26,000 bases of DNA from Myxococcota bacterium (lineage in GTDB: Bacteria > Myxococcota_A > UBA796 > GCA-2862545), in contig JBCCQY010000130.1 in NCBI GenBank assembly GCA_039208735.1, forward strand, positions 1 to 26,000, read 5' to 3'. The notes under the pieces were generated by a model, which was given only the letters and a program-made list of their open reading frames with translations, was not told the DNA's origin and did not search any database. This document shows positions 8,463-16,950 of this stretch, piece after piece (within the stretch, counting starts at the first letter, position 1; every line of letters starts with the position of its first letter). The position numbers were made by a program, and so were the translations under genes.

Positions 8463-9653
8463 TTACGGGCAGATGATGTAAGGGTCACACTCGTCGAAGC
8501 ACAAATCGCCCGTACAGCCTCGGACGCTGAACGGTGCACTGCCCGTACAACAGCCGCTGGGGCACTCCACCGTGCGGGTCTGCGTGCAGTCGAAATTGCA
8601 GATCCCCCACGGCCCTACGTCCCAGGACGTGTAGGGGGTCGTGCCGCTGCACGACATCGACGAAGTTGGCTCCGAGCCGGAGCACCAGCTCCGGTCCACC
8701 ACGCTCCCCGACGGATCCTCACAGGTCACAAGCCGGGTTTGGTTCCCTGAGTCGCCCGAGCACGTCGCCGAGCAGGACGACCAGGCGCCGGTGTCCCAAA
8801 CGCAGGCAGTCGTGTCGAGGCAGGCCTGCACATTGGCAGGCTGCGGATCGGTACAGAAGTTGCCGCCGAGCACGGTGCCTGATGGGTCTTGGCAGGTCAC
8901 CGTCTGGGTCTGCTGACCATTTCCACAATCGGTCGAACAGCTCCCAAAGCCGCTTTCCACCCAGCGACAGTCCGCGGTCGCGGAACACGCCCGATCCGCC
9001 GCCGGAGCCGGAGCCGGGCACAGATTGCTGGCGACCACGCCGCCCACTTCGTCCACGCAGTCGACCGCCCGGCTCTCAAGGCCGTCCCCACACGTGGTGC
9101 TACACGCACCGTAGCCACCTGTTCGCCAGGAACAATCAACCGTTTGGGTACAGACCTGCTGGCTCGCAGGCTGGCTCGCTGCGTCGCACCAGGCCCCATC
9201 GACCAGCGTACCGGCCGGATCTTCGCAGTGGACTGTCCGGGTCTGCGTCCCGTCGCCGCAGGTTTCGGAGCACGTGCTGAACTCGCCTGCAATCCACGCG
9301 CAGTCCACCGTCGCATTGCATGTCCGAACCGCGTCAGGCTCGGTACGAGCATCGCACTGGTCGTCGTTGACGGGTTCGCCCTTCGCATCGATGCACTCGA
9401 CGGTGCGGCTCTGCTCTCCGTCGTTAGGACCGCAGGTGACCGAGCAATCCAGCCATTCTCCGGTCAGCCATTCACAATCCGGGCATAGCGGACCGGCTGG
9501 AGCGGTGTCCGCCGTGGGCACCGCCGTCTCGCCAGTGTCGCCTCCGGTCGTCGGGCCTACGGGGGTTGTGGGAATGATCGGGGGTGTCTCGGGGGGACAC
9601 CCGGTGGCAAAGAGCAGTGCTCCCAAAGTCGCGATCGACAGCAGTACGCGCAT
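8463..9653 (-). CDS. Lipoprotein with tandem thrombospondin type-1 (ADAMTS-type) repeats, 396 aa
   Basis: ATG at 9653 with RBS GGGAGG and lipobox LLFATG-C. A Pro/Thr linker is followed by five ~55-60 aa repeats W-x2-G-x-(W/F/Y)-x2-CSxxC...G-x-Q-x-R-x-V-x-C...C...P...C and a shortened sixth repeat. Confidence 0.88.
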   Translation of the reverse strand: MRVLLSIATLGALLFATGCPPETPPIIPTTPVGPTTGGDTGETAVPTADTAPAGPLCPDCEWLTGEWLDCSVTCGPNDGEQSRTVECIDAKGEPVNDDQCDARTEPDAVRTCNATVDCAWIAGEFSTCSETCGDGTQTRTVHCEDPAGTLVDGAWCDAASQPASQQVCTQTVDCSWRTGGYGACSTTCGDGLESRAVDCVDEVGGVVASNLCPAPAPAADRACSATADCRWVESGFGSCSTDCGNGQQTQTVTCQDPSGTVLGGNFCTDPQPANVQACLDTTACVWDTGAWSSCSATCSGDSGNQTRLVTCEDPSGSVVDRSWCSGSEPTSSMSCSGTTPYTSWDVGPWGICNFDCTQTRTVECPSGCCTGSAPFSVRGCTGDLCFDECDPYIICP

Positions 9654-9748
9654 TGAGGCCTCCCGATGCGCAGCGTAGAGGGGTGGCCGGTTTGCCGTCA
9701 AACGCCCCCGGTCTCCCCTTGGAGATCCGAGGATCCACAACCCACCCT

Positions 9749-10102
9749 TCAGCGCTCGATGATGCTGTAGATGCAGCTGTTCCGGTAGTACTTGCCCTTG
9801 TTGCCCTTGAAATTCTCGGTCGTGTACAGCTCGAACATTCGATCGCCGATGCGGTCGACCACCTGCAGCACCACGATGGCCTGGAGCAGCTCGTCCTTGG
9901 TTTCCTTCTCGGTCACCTGCTGCGTGGAGTACAGACACTGTATGGCGCGCTCGAATTGCTCGCCTCGAAGCTCCGTCTTCTGGGTACCGCGGGCCCCTGT
10001 CTGCTGGTGAACGATAACCTTGGCGATATCCTGGTAGACAGGCGGCTTCTCGCAGCCAACGAGGCAGGCAAGGCCGAAGACGAGGAGCATGCGCGAGACC
10101 AT
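9749..10102 (-). CDS. Small hypothetical lipoprotein (117 aa)
   Basis: ATG at 10102 with RBS GGAGG. Lipobox LACLVG-C and two further Cys. Confidence 0.8.
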   Translation of the reverse strand: MVSRMLLVFGLACLVGCEKPPVYQDIAKVIVHQQTGARGTQKTELRGEQFERAIQCLYSTQQVTEKETKDELLQAIVVLQVVDRIGDRMFELYTTENFKGNKGKYYRNSCIYSIIER

Positions 10103-10193
10103 GGTGGTCCTCCGGTGGGCGACTGACGCTAACATACCCAAGGGCGGCGCATCGGCCCTCCGATCGCGGTCGATGACCACTCGCGCACGGACC

Positions 10194-10577
10194 TCACCGG
10201 GGCGCTTTGGCCGTGCGGTTCGAGCCATCGACCCAAGCCACGTCGGTCACACAGGGGTCGATGCGACAGAACGTGGGCGGGGCGGGAACCGGGAACCAAC
10301 TGGGACAAGCCGCTTTGAGTTGCACGAGCGTTGCGTCGCTCACCTCGTCGGCAAGCGGCACCAGTTCGCGGCACAACGCAACCCGATCCAATGGATGGCG
10401 CGACGCACCAGAGGCCGTAAACCGTCGAGACAGTTCCTCAGCCACGCGACGGGTGGCCTCAGGATCTGAAACCTTCTCGACCTCCGCCGGCGCTTTTGCC
10501 TCAACATCAGCAGGTTGAACCTCTTCAGCCGGCGGCTCGGCCCACGCGGCGAAACTCATTGCGAAACCCAGCAACAT
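10194..10577 (-). CDS. Hypothetical exported protein (127 aa)
   Basis: ATG at 10577 with GGGAG upstream. Short signal peptide ending AWA, an acidic linker and four Cys in the C-terminal part. Confidence 0.6.
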   Translation of the reverse strand: MLLGFAMSFAAWAEPPAEEVQPADVEAKAPAEVEKVSDPEATRRVAEELSRRFTASGASRHPLDRVALCRELVPLADEVSDATLVQLKAACPSWFPVPAPPTFCRIDPCVTDVAWVDGSNRTAKAPR

Positions 10578-10681
10578 GGACGGCTCCCGTGGCGCTCCGG
10601 CGTAACGCTTCAACCGTCGAATGCCCACAATTCGACTCGCATTCGTGACCTTACTCAAACCCCGGACCGAAAACCTGCGGT

Positions 10682-11716
10682 ATGAAGGCCCCGGGAGGCT
10701 CCTTGTTCCAAGCTTTCGTCCTTGCCGCCGGACTCGGTACCCGACTCCGCCCCCTCACCGACCACCGCCCCAAACCGTTGGTTCCCGTTTGCGGCGTGCC
10801 ACTGCTGGCCTACTCGCTTCAACTCTGCGCTCGGCACGGGCTCAACCGGGTCGTGGTCAATGCCCATTGGCTGTCGGAACAGATCGAGGCCTGGGCGGGC
10901 CTTCAAGAGACGGTGAACGTCACTGTTTCGACCGAGAAACCTGACGTGCTCGGAACAGGTGGCGGACTTCGCAAGGTGATGCGGGAACTTGATCCGGTGT
11001 TCGCCGTCCTGAACGGAGATGTGCTGCACGATGTCGACTTGACGGCCCTCATCGGCGCGGTCCGACCCGGCGGCGCCGCCATGGCCCTGCGCCCCTACCC
11101 CGGCGAAGAACAGAAGTACGGCATCGTGGCCGCCGACGACCAAAACACCGTGGCTCGCCTCACTTCCCTGGCCCGAACCGAGCCCGAAGGGACCCTTCAC
11201 GAAGACACGCACTTCACGGGCATTCATGCGATGGACCGTGAAGCGTTGAACCTCGTCCCCCCAGACGAGTTCGCCTGCATCATCCGCACCGCGTACGTCA
11301 ACCTCATCCCGGACCGAAAGGTTGCCGGGGTGCGGTACCCCGGTGCCTGGCTCGATGCAGGCGACCCTGCGGCGTACCTAGGTGCCAACCTCGATGTCCT
11401 CTCCCAACGGGTGGGATTGGCCCTCGATCCCATGCCGCGAGCCGCATATGCCCGACGAGCGAACGGCGACATCGTGGGCACACGGCCCCAAGCCATCCCT
11501 GACACGGTCGAGCGCCAAGGCCCCTTGTGGATCGGTGACGGCGTGGAATTCCAAGGTTCCGCCAGGCTCGAAGAGAGCATCCTGGGCCCAGGCGCCAAGG
11601 TGCCATCTGGCACCTCCTTGACGCGCACGGTGGTGTGGGACGGCTGTACCGTGCCACCCGGCGATCACGTCGACGCAATCGTGTTCCCAGGCGGTGTCCT
11701 GACCCCGTTGGGATAG
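10682..11716 (+). CDS. NDP-sugar nucleotidyltransferase (mannose-1-phosphate guanylyltransferase/MurU-like) with short C-terminal left-handed beta-helix
   Basis: LAAGLGTRLRPLTDHRPKPLVPV, VVVNAHW, LGTGGGL, VLNGD and WLDAG, then hexapeptide-like ESILGPGAKV...RTVVWDG. Confidence 0.9.
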   Translation: MKAPGGSLFQAFVLAAGLGTRLRPLTDHRPKPLVPVCGVPLLAYSLQLCARHGLNRVVVNAHWLSEQIEAWAGLQETVNVTVSTEKPDVLGTGGGLRKVMRELDPVFAVLNGDVLHDVDLTALIGAVRPGGAAMALRPYPGEEQKYGIVAADDQNTVARLTSLARTEPEGTLHEDTHFTGIHAMDREALNLVPPDEFACIIRTAYVNLIPDRKVAGVRYPGAWLDAGDPAAYLGANLDVLSQRVGLALDPMPRAAYARRANGDIVGTRPQAIPDTVERQGPLWIGDGVEFQGSARLEESILGPGAKVPSGTSLTRTVVWDGCTVPPGDHVDAIVFPGGVLTPLG

Positions 11717-11719
11717 GCC

Positions 11720-14113
11720 CTACAACAAGCTTCGCGGATCGACATCCACTCGACTTCGCACCCCCTTGGGGGGCCGGCCCTCGAGCTTCGATCGCATCGC
11801 CCGAAGAAAGTCCACCCAGGCTCCGACCTGCTCACCCCGAATGATGAGCTGGAACCGCCAACGGCCCACGATCTTAGGCAGCGCCGCAGGGGCCGGCCCC
11901 AAGAGGTGAATGCCAGGGAAACGAGGCGCCACTTCTCGCAGATCTTGCGCCAGATCGCGGATCGTACGCCAGACCAGTCCCCGATCCACACCGTCGAGCT
12001 GGACGAGACACAGGCGGGAATAGGGCGGGTAGGTCAGCAGGGCGCGATGTTTGAGTTCGACGCCGTAGAACGCTTCAATGTCATTGAGGTGCTGCAACAC
12101 GTAGTGGGACGGGTCACGGGTTTGGACGAACACCCGACCCGCCACGGCTCCCCGACCCGCGCGTCCCGCCAACTGCACCAGCAGCGCGGCCGTGCGTTCG
12201 GCGGAACGGAAATCTGGAAGACGAAGCGCCTGGTCGGCACTGATCACCACGGCGGTTTGGACGCCGGGAAAATCGTGGCCCTTCGCCACGATTTGGGTGC
12301 CAACCAGCAGCTGGGTCTCCCCCTCTCGAAACGCGGACAGAATGCGATGATGAGCGCCCCGCTCCTTGGTGGTATCGGCGTCCATGCGCCCGATTGCGAT
12401 GGTAGGAAACTTGGCTTGGAGGGTCTCCTCGATTCGTTCCGTGCCTTTGCCCACCTCTCGCAGCTCGGGCGCCTGGCAGACGGGGCACACCGTGGTGTAG
12501 TCGAGTCGTAAGCCGCAATAGTGGCAGACCATGCGCCGCTCGCGCTTGTGCAAGGTCATCGAAATGCGGCAGTTTGGACACTCGTACGACGCGCCACAGG
12601 CCCCACAGCTCACCAACGTGGCGTAGCCACGGCGATTGTAGAGGACAATGGCCTGCCCTCCCCGTTCGAAGGTGTCGTGCAGCGCCTCTTCGACCACCGG
12701 GGCAAGCAGAGGGGAATCGTCGAGCTGCGAAAGGTTGACGACCTGCACGTGGGGCACGGGTCGCGGGGTGGCCCGCTTGGGAAGGCGAACCAAGCAGTAA
12801 CGCCCACGTTGGGCATTCTGCCAGGACTCGAGGGAGGGCGTGGCCGACGCCAAAACGACGGGACACTCCTTACGAAGTCCCAAGACCACAGCCAGATCGC
12901 GCGCGTTGTAGGCGACCCCTTCGTCTTGTTTGTAGGAGTCGTCATGCTCTTCGTCGACCACGACCAGACCCAGCGATCGGAAGGGAGCGAAGAGGGCGGA
13001 GCGCGCTCCGATGGCGACATCGACCTCTCCCGCGCGGATACGCCGCCATTGAGCCAGGCGCGCCGCTCCCGTAAGTCCGGAGTGAAGCACGGCAATCCGG
13101 TCACCAAACCGCGCCCGGAAGCGACCGACGAGCTGAGGGGTGAGGCCGATCTCAGGAACCAGGACAAGCACCTGGTCACCCCGAGCCAGGACGTTCTGGG
13201 CCGCCCCGAGGAAGACCTCGGTCTTGCCCGACCCCGTCACCCCAAAGAGAAGGATGGTTTGAGCGTCGGGCTCGAGAATCGCCGCCAGCGCGTTTCGCTG
13301 GTCTTCGTTGAGCGGCGGAGGCACCGGAGGTCCCAGGGCCGGGGCGTCGATGAGGGCATCGCGGCGTTCGCGGGTTCCGTACTCCACCAATCCTCGGTCC
13401 ACCAGGCGATTCAGCGAGTCCCGAGCCGCCCCCCCTTGCTCCCGCAACAGCACCTCGAGGTCGACGGGGCCTTCAGACCTGGACAACGCCTCCAAAATGG
13501 CCGTCATCCGTTTTCCGAGCGTGCCTTCAGGTGAGCTGCCGTGGATGCGAGAGACGGTGCGCACCTCGCCTTTGGTCTCACCAACCTCTCGCTCTTCCCA
13601 CGCCGCCCAGCGACGCCGCACCAACCGGTCGATGGCCTTGCGAACATCGTCTGCGTCGATCTCGGAGCGAAGGCGACGCTGCAAACCACGTCGGGTCAAC
13701 CCGGGACGCGAAATGATCTCACGCAAGACCTGCAGCTCGACGGGCTCACGGGCTTCGTCACGGGTGAGTGCAAGGGCGCCTTCGTCGGTGGGAACGACGG
13801 TGCGCAGGGTCTTGGCACGGATGCCCGAAGGCAGCGCGGTGTGGATCATCATCCCGAGGGGAGCCAGAAAATAGTCCGCGGCCCAACGGAAGAACTCGAG
13901 CTGTTCGTCGTCAAACGCAGGCACTGGATCGAGGATCCGCTGGATCGGCTTGATCTTTTCGGGCGGCAACGAAGGCGAAGGATTTTCGCCAATCACGTAG
14001 GCCGTTTCGAGCTGACGTCCGAGGGGGACGAGCACGACATGACCCTGCTGCAGCGGATGCAGCGGGGCCGGTACCGCGTAGGTCAACGCGCCATCGAAGG
14101 GTCGTGGCAACAC
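11720..14113 (-). CDS. priA: Primosomal protein N' (replication restart helicase PriA); start probably further upstream (CTG at 14179)
   Basis: Walker A GVTGSGKTE, LVPEIGLTPQ, GARSALFAP, VDEEHD.SYKQ, four CxxC zinc ligands (CGAC, CPNC, CHYC, CPVC), GTQIVAKGHDFP, QLAGRAGR and terminal VDVDP. Confidence 0.97.
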   Translation of the reverse strand: MLPRPFDGALTYAVPAPLHPLQQGHVVLVPLGRQLETAYVIGENPSPSLPPEKIKPIQRILDPVPAFDDEQLEFFRWAADYFLAPLGMMIHTALPSGIRAKTLRTVVPTDEGALALTRDEAREPVELQVLREIISRPGLTRRGLQRRLRSEIDADDVRKAIDRLVRRRWAAWEEREVGETKGEVRTVSRIHGSSPEGTLGKRMTAILEALSRSEGPVDLEVLLREQGGAARDSLNRLVDRGLVEYGTRERRDALIDAPALGPPVPPPLNEDQRNALAAILEPDAQTILLFGVTGSGKTEVFLGAAQNVLARGDQVLVLVPEIGLTPQLVGRFRARFGDRIAVLHSGLTGAARLAQWRRIRAGEVDVAIGARSALFAPFRSLGLVVVDEEHDDSYKQDEGVAYNARDLAVVLGLRKECPVVLASATPSLESWQNAQRGRYCLVRLPKRATPRPVPHVQVVNLSQLDDSPLLAPVVEEALHDTFERGGQAIVLYNRRGYATLVSCGACGASYECPNCRISMTLHKRERRMVCHYCGLRLDYTTVCPVCQAPELREVGKGTERIEETLQAKFPTIAIGRMDADTTKERGAHHRILSAFREGETQLLVGTQIVAKGHDFPGVQTAVVISADQALRLPDFRSAERTAALLVQLAGRAGRGAVAGRVFVQTRDPSHYVLQHLNDIEAFYGVELKHRALLTYPPYSRLCLVQLDGVDRGLVWRTIRDLAQDLREVAPRFPGIHLLGPAPAALPKIVGRWRFQLIIRGEQVGAWVDFLRAMRSKLEGRPPKGVRSRVDVDPRSLL

Positions 14114-14326
14114 GACATCGACATAAGCGTGACCTGCAGCTTCCGGAAACAGTGAGGCAGAGTGGTGCGGCTTACCCAGAGGAGGACTCCACCGCTCGAG
14201 TAACGAGCTTCTCGGACAGTTTCGGTCCGAGGCTTACGCAAAGACGCGTAGGGTCATTGTTTACCCAGGCGGATGGACCGTGCCGAGCCAGTGGGGTACC
14301 CGGTGGCAAACCAGGAGCCCGAGCGG

Positions 14327-15271
14327 ATGCTTTACCTCTTCATGGCCTTGGCCCCTGCATTCGGGGCAGATGTGGTTCAAGGTGCGAATACCGCGGCCAT
14401 GGGTGGAATCGGAGCGGCTGCCGCCAACGACAACGCGAGCATCACGCTCAATCCTGGGCTTTTGGGCCTCGTCGAACGCTACGACTTTCACGCCCATCTG
14501 CGATTAGGTCCCAATCTCAACTGCCCGGCCCGCGAAGACTGCGAGGGCGGATCGGATCGGCAGTGGGCCGCTACGGCTCTGGATGCGCGAACCTCCAAAC
14601 GATTTGCCGCAGGCTTTGCCTACAGCGGCGATCGATTCAGCCCCCCCCTGCGCCAAAACGAGCTTCCGGGGTGGAAGCTTCCCGACGAAGAACTTGGCAA
14701 CCGACGCCGTCAGGACGATTTCACCTTGAGCCTGGGCGTTCCGTTCTGGGAACGGCGCATGTCTTTAGGGTTGGGCCTCCTCTACTCGCGGTTCAACCAC
14801 GACCGCGACGGAAGCGGTTCGACGGCCGACCTGCACGCGGGATGGGGCTTCCGCCCCGTCAACGCCCTTACGCTGGGGGTCGGGGTCCGAAACTTCGTGC
14901 CCACCAACTCGGTGCAGGACCGACCCCTCTCGGTGGTCGCAGGACTGCGCATTACAGCCGCTGACATCGTAGCTGTCGAAGCCAACCTCACATCCACGAG
15001 CGAGCCGCTGGCGGACTCCCGGTGGTCGTTCGCGGCGGGGGCGGAAGCGGCGCTTGGCAGCTCGTTTCGCCTGCGCTTGGGTGCGGTTCGCGATGGTCCG
15101 TTGGCCGTCACACAGCTCACGACGGGACTCGGTATCGCCACGAAGCGTGGAGGCGGGCTGGATTATGCGTTGTCGATCCCTCTCGCCGGCCGCGACCTCC
15201 GCGGCAACACGTTGATTCACCAGTTCGCGATTCGGTTCAGCGCTCCCGAGGACATCCTCGAAGAGGATTGA
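14327..15271 (+). CDS. Outer-membrane beta-barrel protein of the FadL/PorV-like superfamily
   Basis: Short signal peptide, then the hatch motif GANTAAMGGIGAAAANDNASITLNPGLL and alternating amphipathic beta-strands (LTLGVGVRN, WSFAAGAEA, FRLRLG, GLDYALS). An alternative start is at 14273. Confidence 0.72.
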   Translation: MLYLFMALAPAFGADVVQGANTAAMGGIGAAAANDNASITLNPGLLGLVERYDFHAHLRLGPNLNCPAREDCEGGSDRQWAATALDARTSKRFAAGFAYSGDRFSPPLRQNELPGWKLPDEELGNRRRQDDFTLSLGVPFWERRMSLGLGLLYSRFNHDRDGSGSTADLHAGWGFRPVNALTLGVGVRNFVPTNSVQDRPLSVVAGLRITAADIVAVEANLTSTSEPLADSRWSFAAGAEAALGSSFRLRLGAVRDGPLAVTQLTTGLGIATKRGGGLDYALSIPLAGRDLRGNTLIHQFAIRFSAPEDILEED

Positions 15272-15920
15272 GCAGGCCCGCCTCGCGAGCCCGTTCGGCC
15301 AACGCGGTCACGGTGCGTACGGTGGACGGCAAGTTCTCACCGAGCGTGAAGAACCCATGGTCTCGACGAATCACGGTGGCATGTTCGGGAAAGGGAGCGC
15401 GTTCCAGCAACGCGAGCAGCGCAGTACGGTCGGGTGGCGTGCTGAAGAGCGTGGCGTCTTCGCTGATCGGCAGGCCCAACTCCCTGGCCGCGCGACGCGT
15501 ATCGAGCACGTGGCCATGCAACGCCGCACCGGGACGAGTAGACCACCCGAACCGTCGAGGCGCCTGTACGAGGGCGGCGAAATGGAGCGGAGCGTCGCTT
15601 GTGGGACGGACGGACGGATCGTGGCTCCGGTAGCCTGCCTCCCAACCTTCAGGGTCAAACGTCACGAGTTCAACCACATCGGCGGGGTCAAAGACACCGG
15701 GCCGTCGGCCGCTCGCCGATACGAGCAGGGTGTGGTGGGCCGTACAGACCGCTGCGTTGCCCGCGGCCAACCCATCGTCGAGCACGGGGCAGGCTCCCGC
15801 TTCTTCGAGGGCACGCAACGCGTCACAAAGGGCCTGGGCGAGCGGCGCCAAGCCCTCTGCGGGGCGCCCCAAATACCGGAGAGAAAACTTGACCCGTGGG
15901 CCGTCGCCAATGGTTTCCAT
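15237..15920 (-). CDS. Class II aldolase/adducin family metalloprotein
   Basis: GNAA, LLVSASG, PTSDAPLH, LHGH and RRDHGFF match the family phosphate- and zinc-binding motifs. Confidence 0.78.
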   Translation of the reverse strand: METIGDGPRVKFSLRYLGRPAEGLAPLAQALCDALRALEEAGACPVLDDGLAAGNAAVCTAHHTLLVSASGRRPGVFDPADVVELVTFDPEGWEAGYRSHDPSVRPTSDAPLHFAALVQAPRRFGWSTRPGAALHGHVLDTRRAARELGLPISEDATLFSTPPDRTALLALLERAPFPEHATVIRRDHGFFTLGENLPSTVRTVTALAERAREAGLLNPLRGCPRER

Positions 15921-15929
15921 GCCTGTTCC

Positions 15930-16796
15930 TTACAACGGAAGCCCCGCATCGCCCGCCGCGCGGTAGGCCTTGGTGTCCTTGAGGCGTCGTGTAGCCGCGA
16001 AGGTATGAGCCGGGGTGGAGAGGTCCGCATGGGGCTCAGCGGCCGTGATCGCAGTCCGCAGGGTCGGCGAGCCGGGTCGGAGAAAGGGATTGGTGGCGCG
16101 TTCCTCGTCGATGGTGGAGGGCACGGTGCAGCCGCCCTGCGAACGAAGATCCCAGACCTGCCGAATTCGTTTGGCCAAGGCTTCGTTGTCCGGCTCCACG
16201 GACCAGGCAAACCGTAGGTTATCCTGGGTGTATTCGTGTGCACAACACACGCGTGTGTTCCCGGGCAATGCGGCCAGCCGCATGAGGGAATCGAACATGC
16301 GAGCCGGCGGACCATCGAACAAGTATCCACAGCCGCCGGCGAATAGCGTGTCCCCACAGAACACCACGTCGCCGAGCACGAACGAGACGTGGCCGTTGAG
16401 GTGTCCCTCGGTCAGCATCACGCGGCCTTCCACGTCACCCAAGCGAATGGCATCCCCTTCCCCTACGCCACGGGTGAGCCCTGGCACTTCAGACGCCCGG
16501 CTCGCAGGGCCGATGACCTCGACACCCTCAAGTCGCTTACGACGGATCAGATCCCGGTTGATCCCAATGTGATCGCCGTGGGTGTGAGTGTTCCAGATCG
16601 CGGCCACCGCAAGCTTCTGTTCATCGCAGTAAACCAGTGTGGCTTCTGCATCTGGACCATCGACGATCGCCGCCTGCCCCGTGGCCACGTGTTCCACGAT
16701 CCACACCAAGTTGTCGGTGGCCGCAGGTACCGTGTGGATTCGAAGGGTGCCTTCGGCAGCGATCCACGGTTTGGGAGGACGAGTAACGACGTGCAT
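15930..16796 (-). CDS. gloB: Hydroxyacylglutathione hydrolase (glyoxalase II)
   Basis: ATG at 16796 with RBS GGAGG. Motifs DNLVW, THTHGDHIG, GHLNGH, FCGDTLFAGGCG, CAHEYTQDNLRFA and PSTIDEERATNPFLR. Confidence 0.93.
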   Translation of the reverse strand: MHVVTRPPKPWIAAEGTLRIHTVPAATDNLVWIVEHVATGQAAIVDGPDAEATLVYCDEQKLAVAAIWNTHTHGDHIGINRDLIRRKRLEGVEVIGPASRASEVPGLTRGVGEGDAIRLGDVEGRVMLTEGHLNGHVSFVLGDVVFCGDTLFAGGCGYLFDGPPARMFDSLMRLAALPGNTRVCCAHEYTQDNLRFAWSVEPDNEALAKRIRQVWDLRSQGGCTVPSTIDEERATNPFLRPGSPTLRTAITAAEPHADLSTPAHTFAATRRLKDTKAYRAAGDAGLPL

Positions 16797-16950
16797 GATA
16801 ACCTCCGCCCGCGTCAGAAAGGATGGCGGCTGGCCCGCTTCATGGTTTCGAGCCGAAAGGCTGAAACGCCCGCGAGCCTGCAGGTACTGCCCTACTTTGG
16901 TACAAGCGCCTCGTCCCCTTTCTGCGTTTGGTGGCCCTTCAGGAGGACCT

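Noticed and set aside
9654..9938. 95-aa N-terminal extension of the TSP1 ORF in the ORF track
   Set aside because: It overlaps the upstream lipoprotein gene. The RBS and lipoprotein signal identify ATG 9653 as the start.
12521..13534. 337-aa plus-strand ORF and similar ORFs inside priA
   Set aside because: Antisense shadows of a clearly conserved gene.
14211..14290. Possible c-di-GMP-I riboswitch (ACGCAAAG...AGGGTC)
   Set aside because: Lacks the upstream GGCAAA and GNRA-capped stem, and the spacing does not fit.
16831..16846. Sigma54-like TGGCCCG element upstream of tadG
   Set aside because: The -12 position reads GG rather than the conserved GC.
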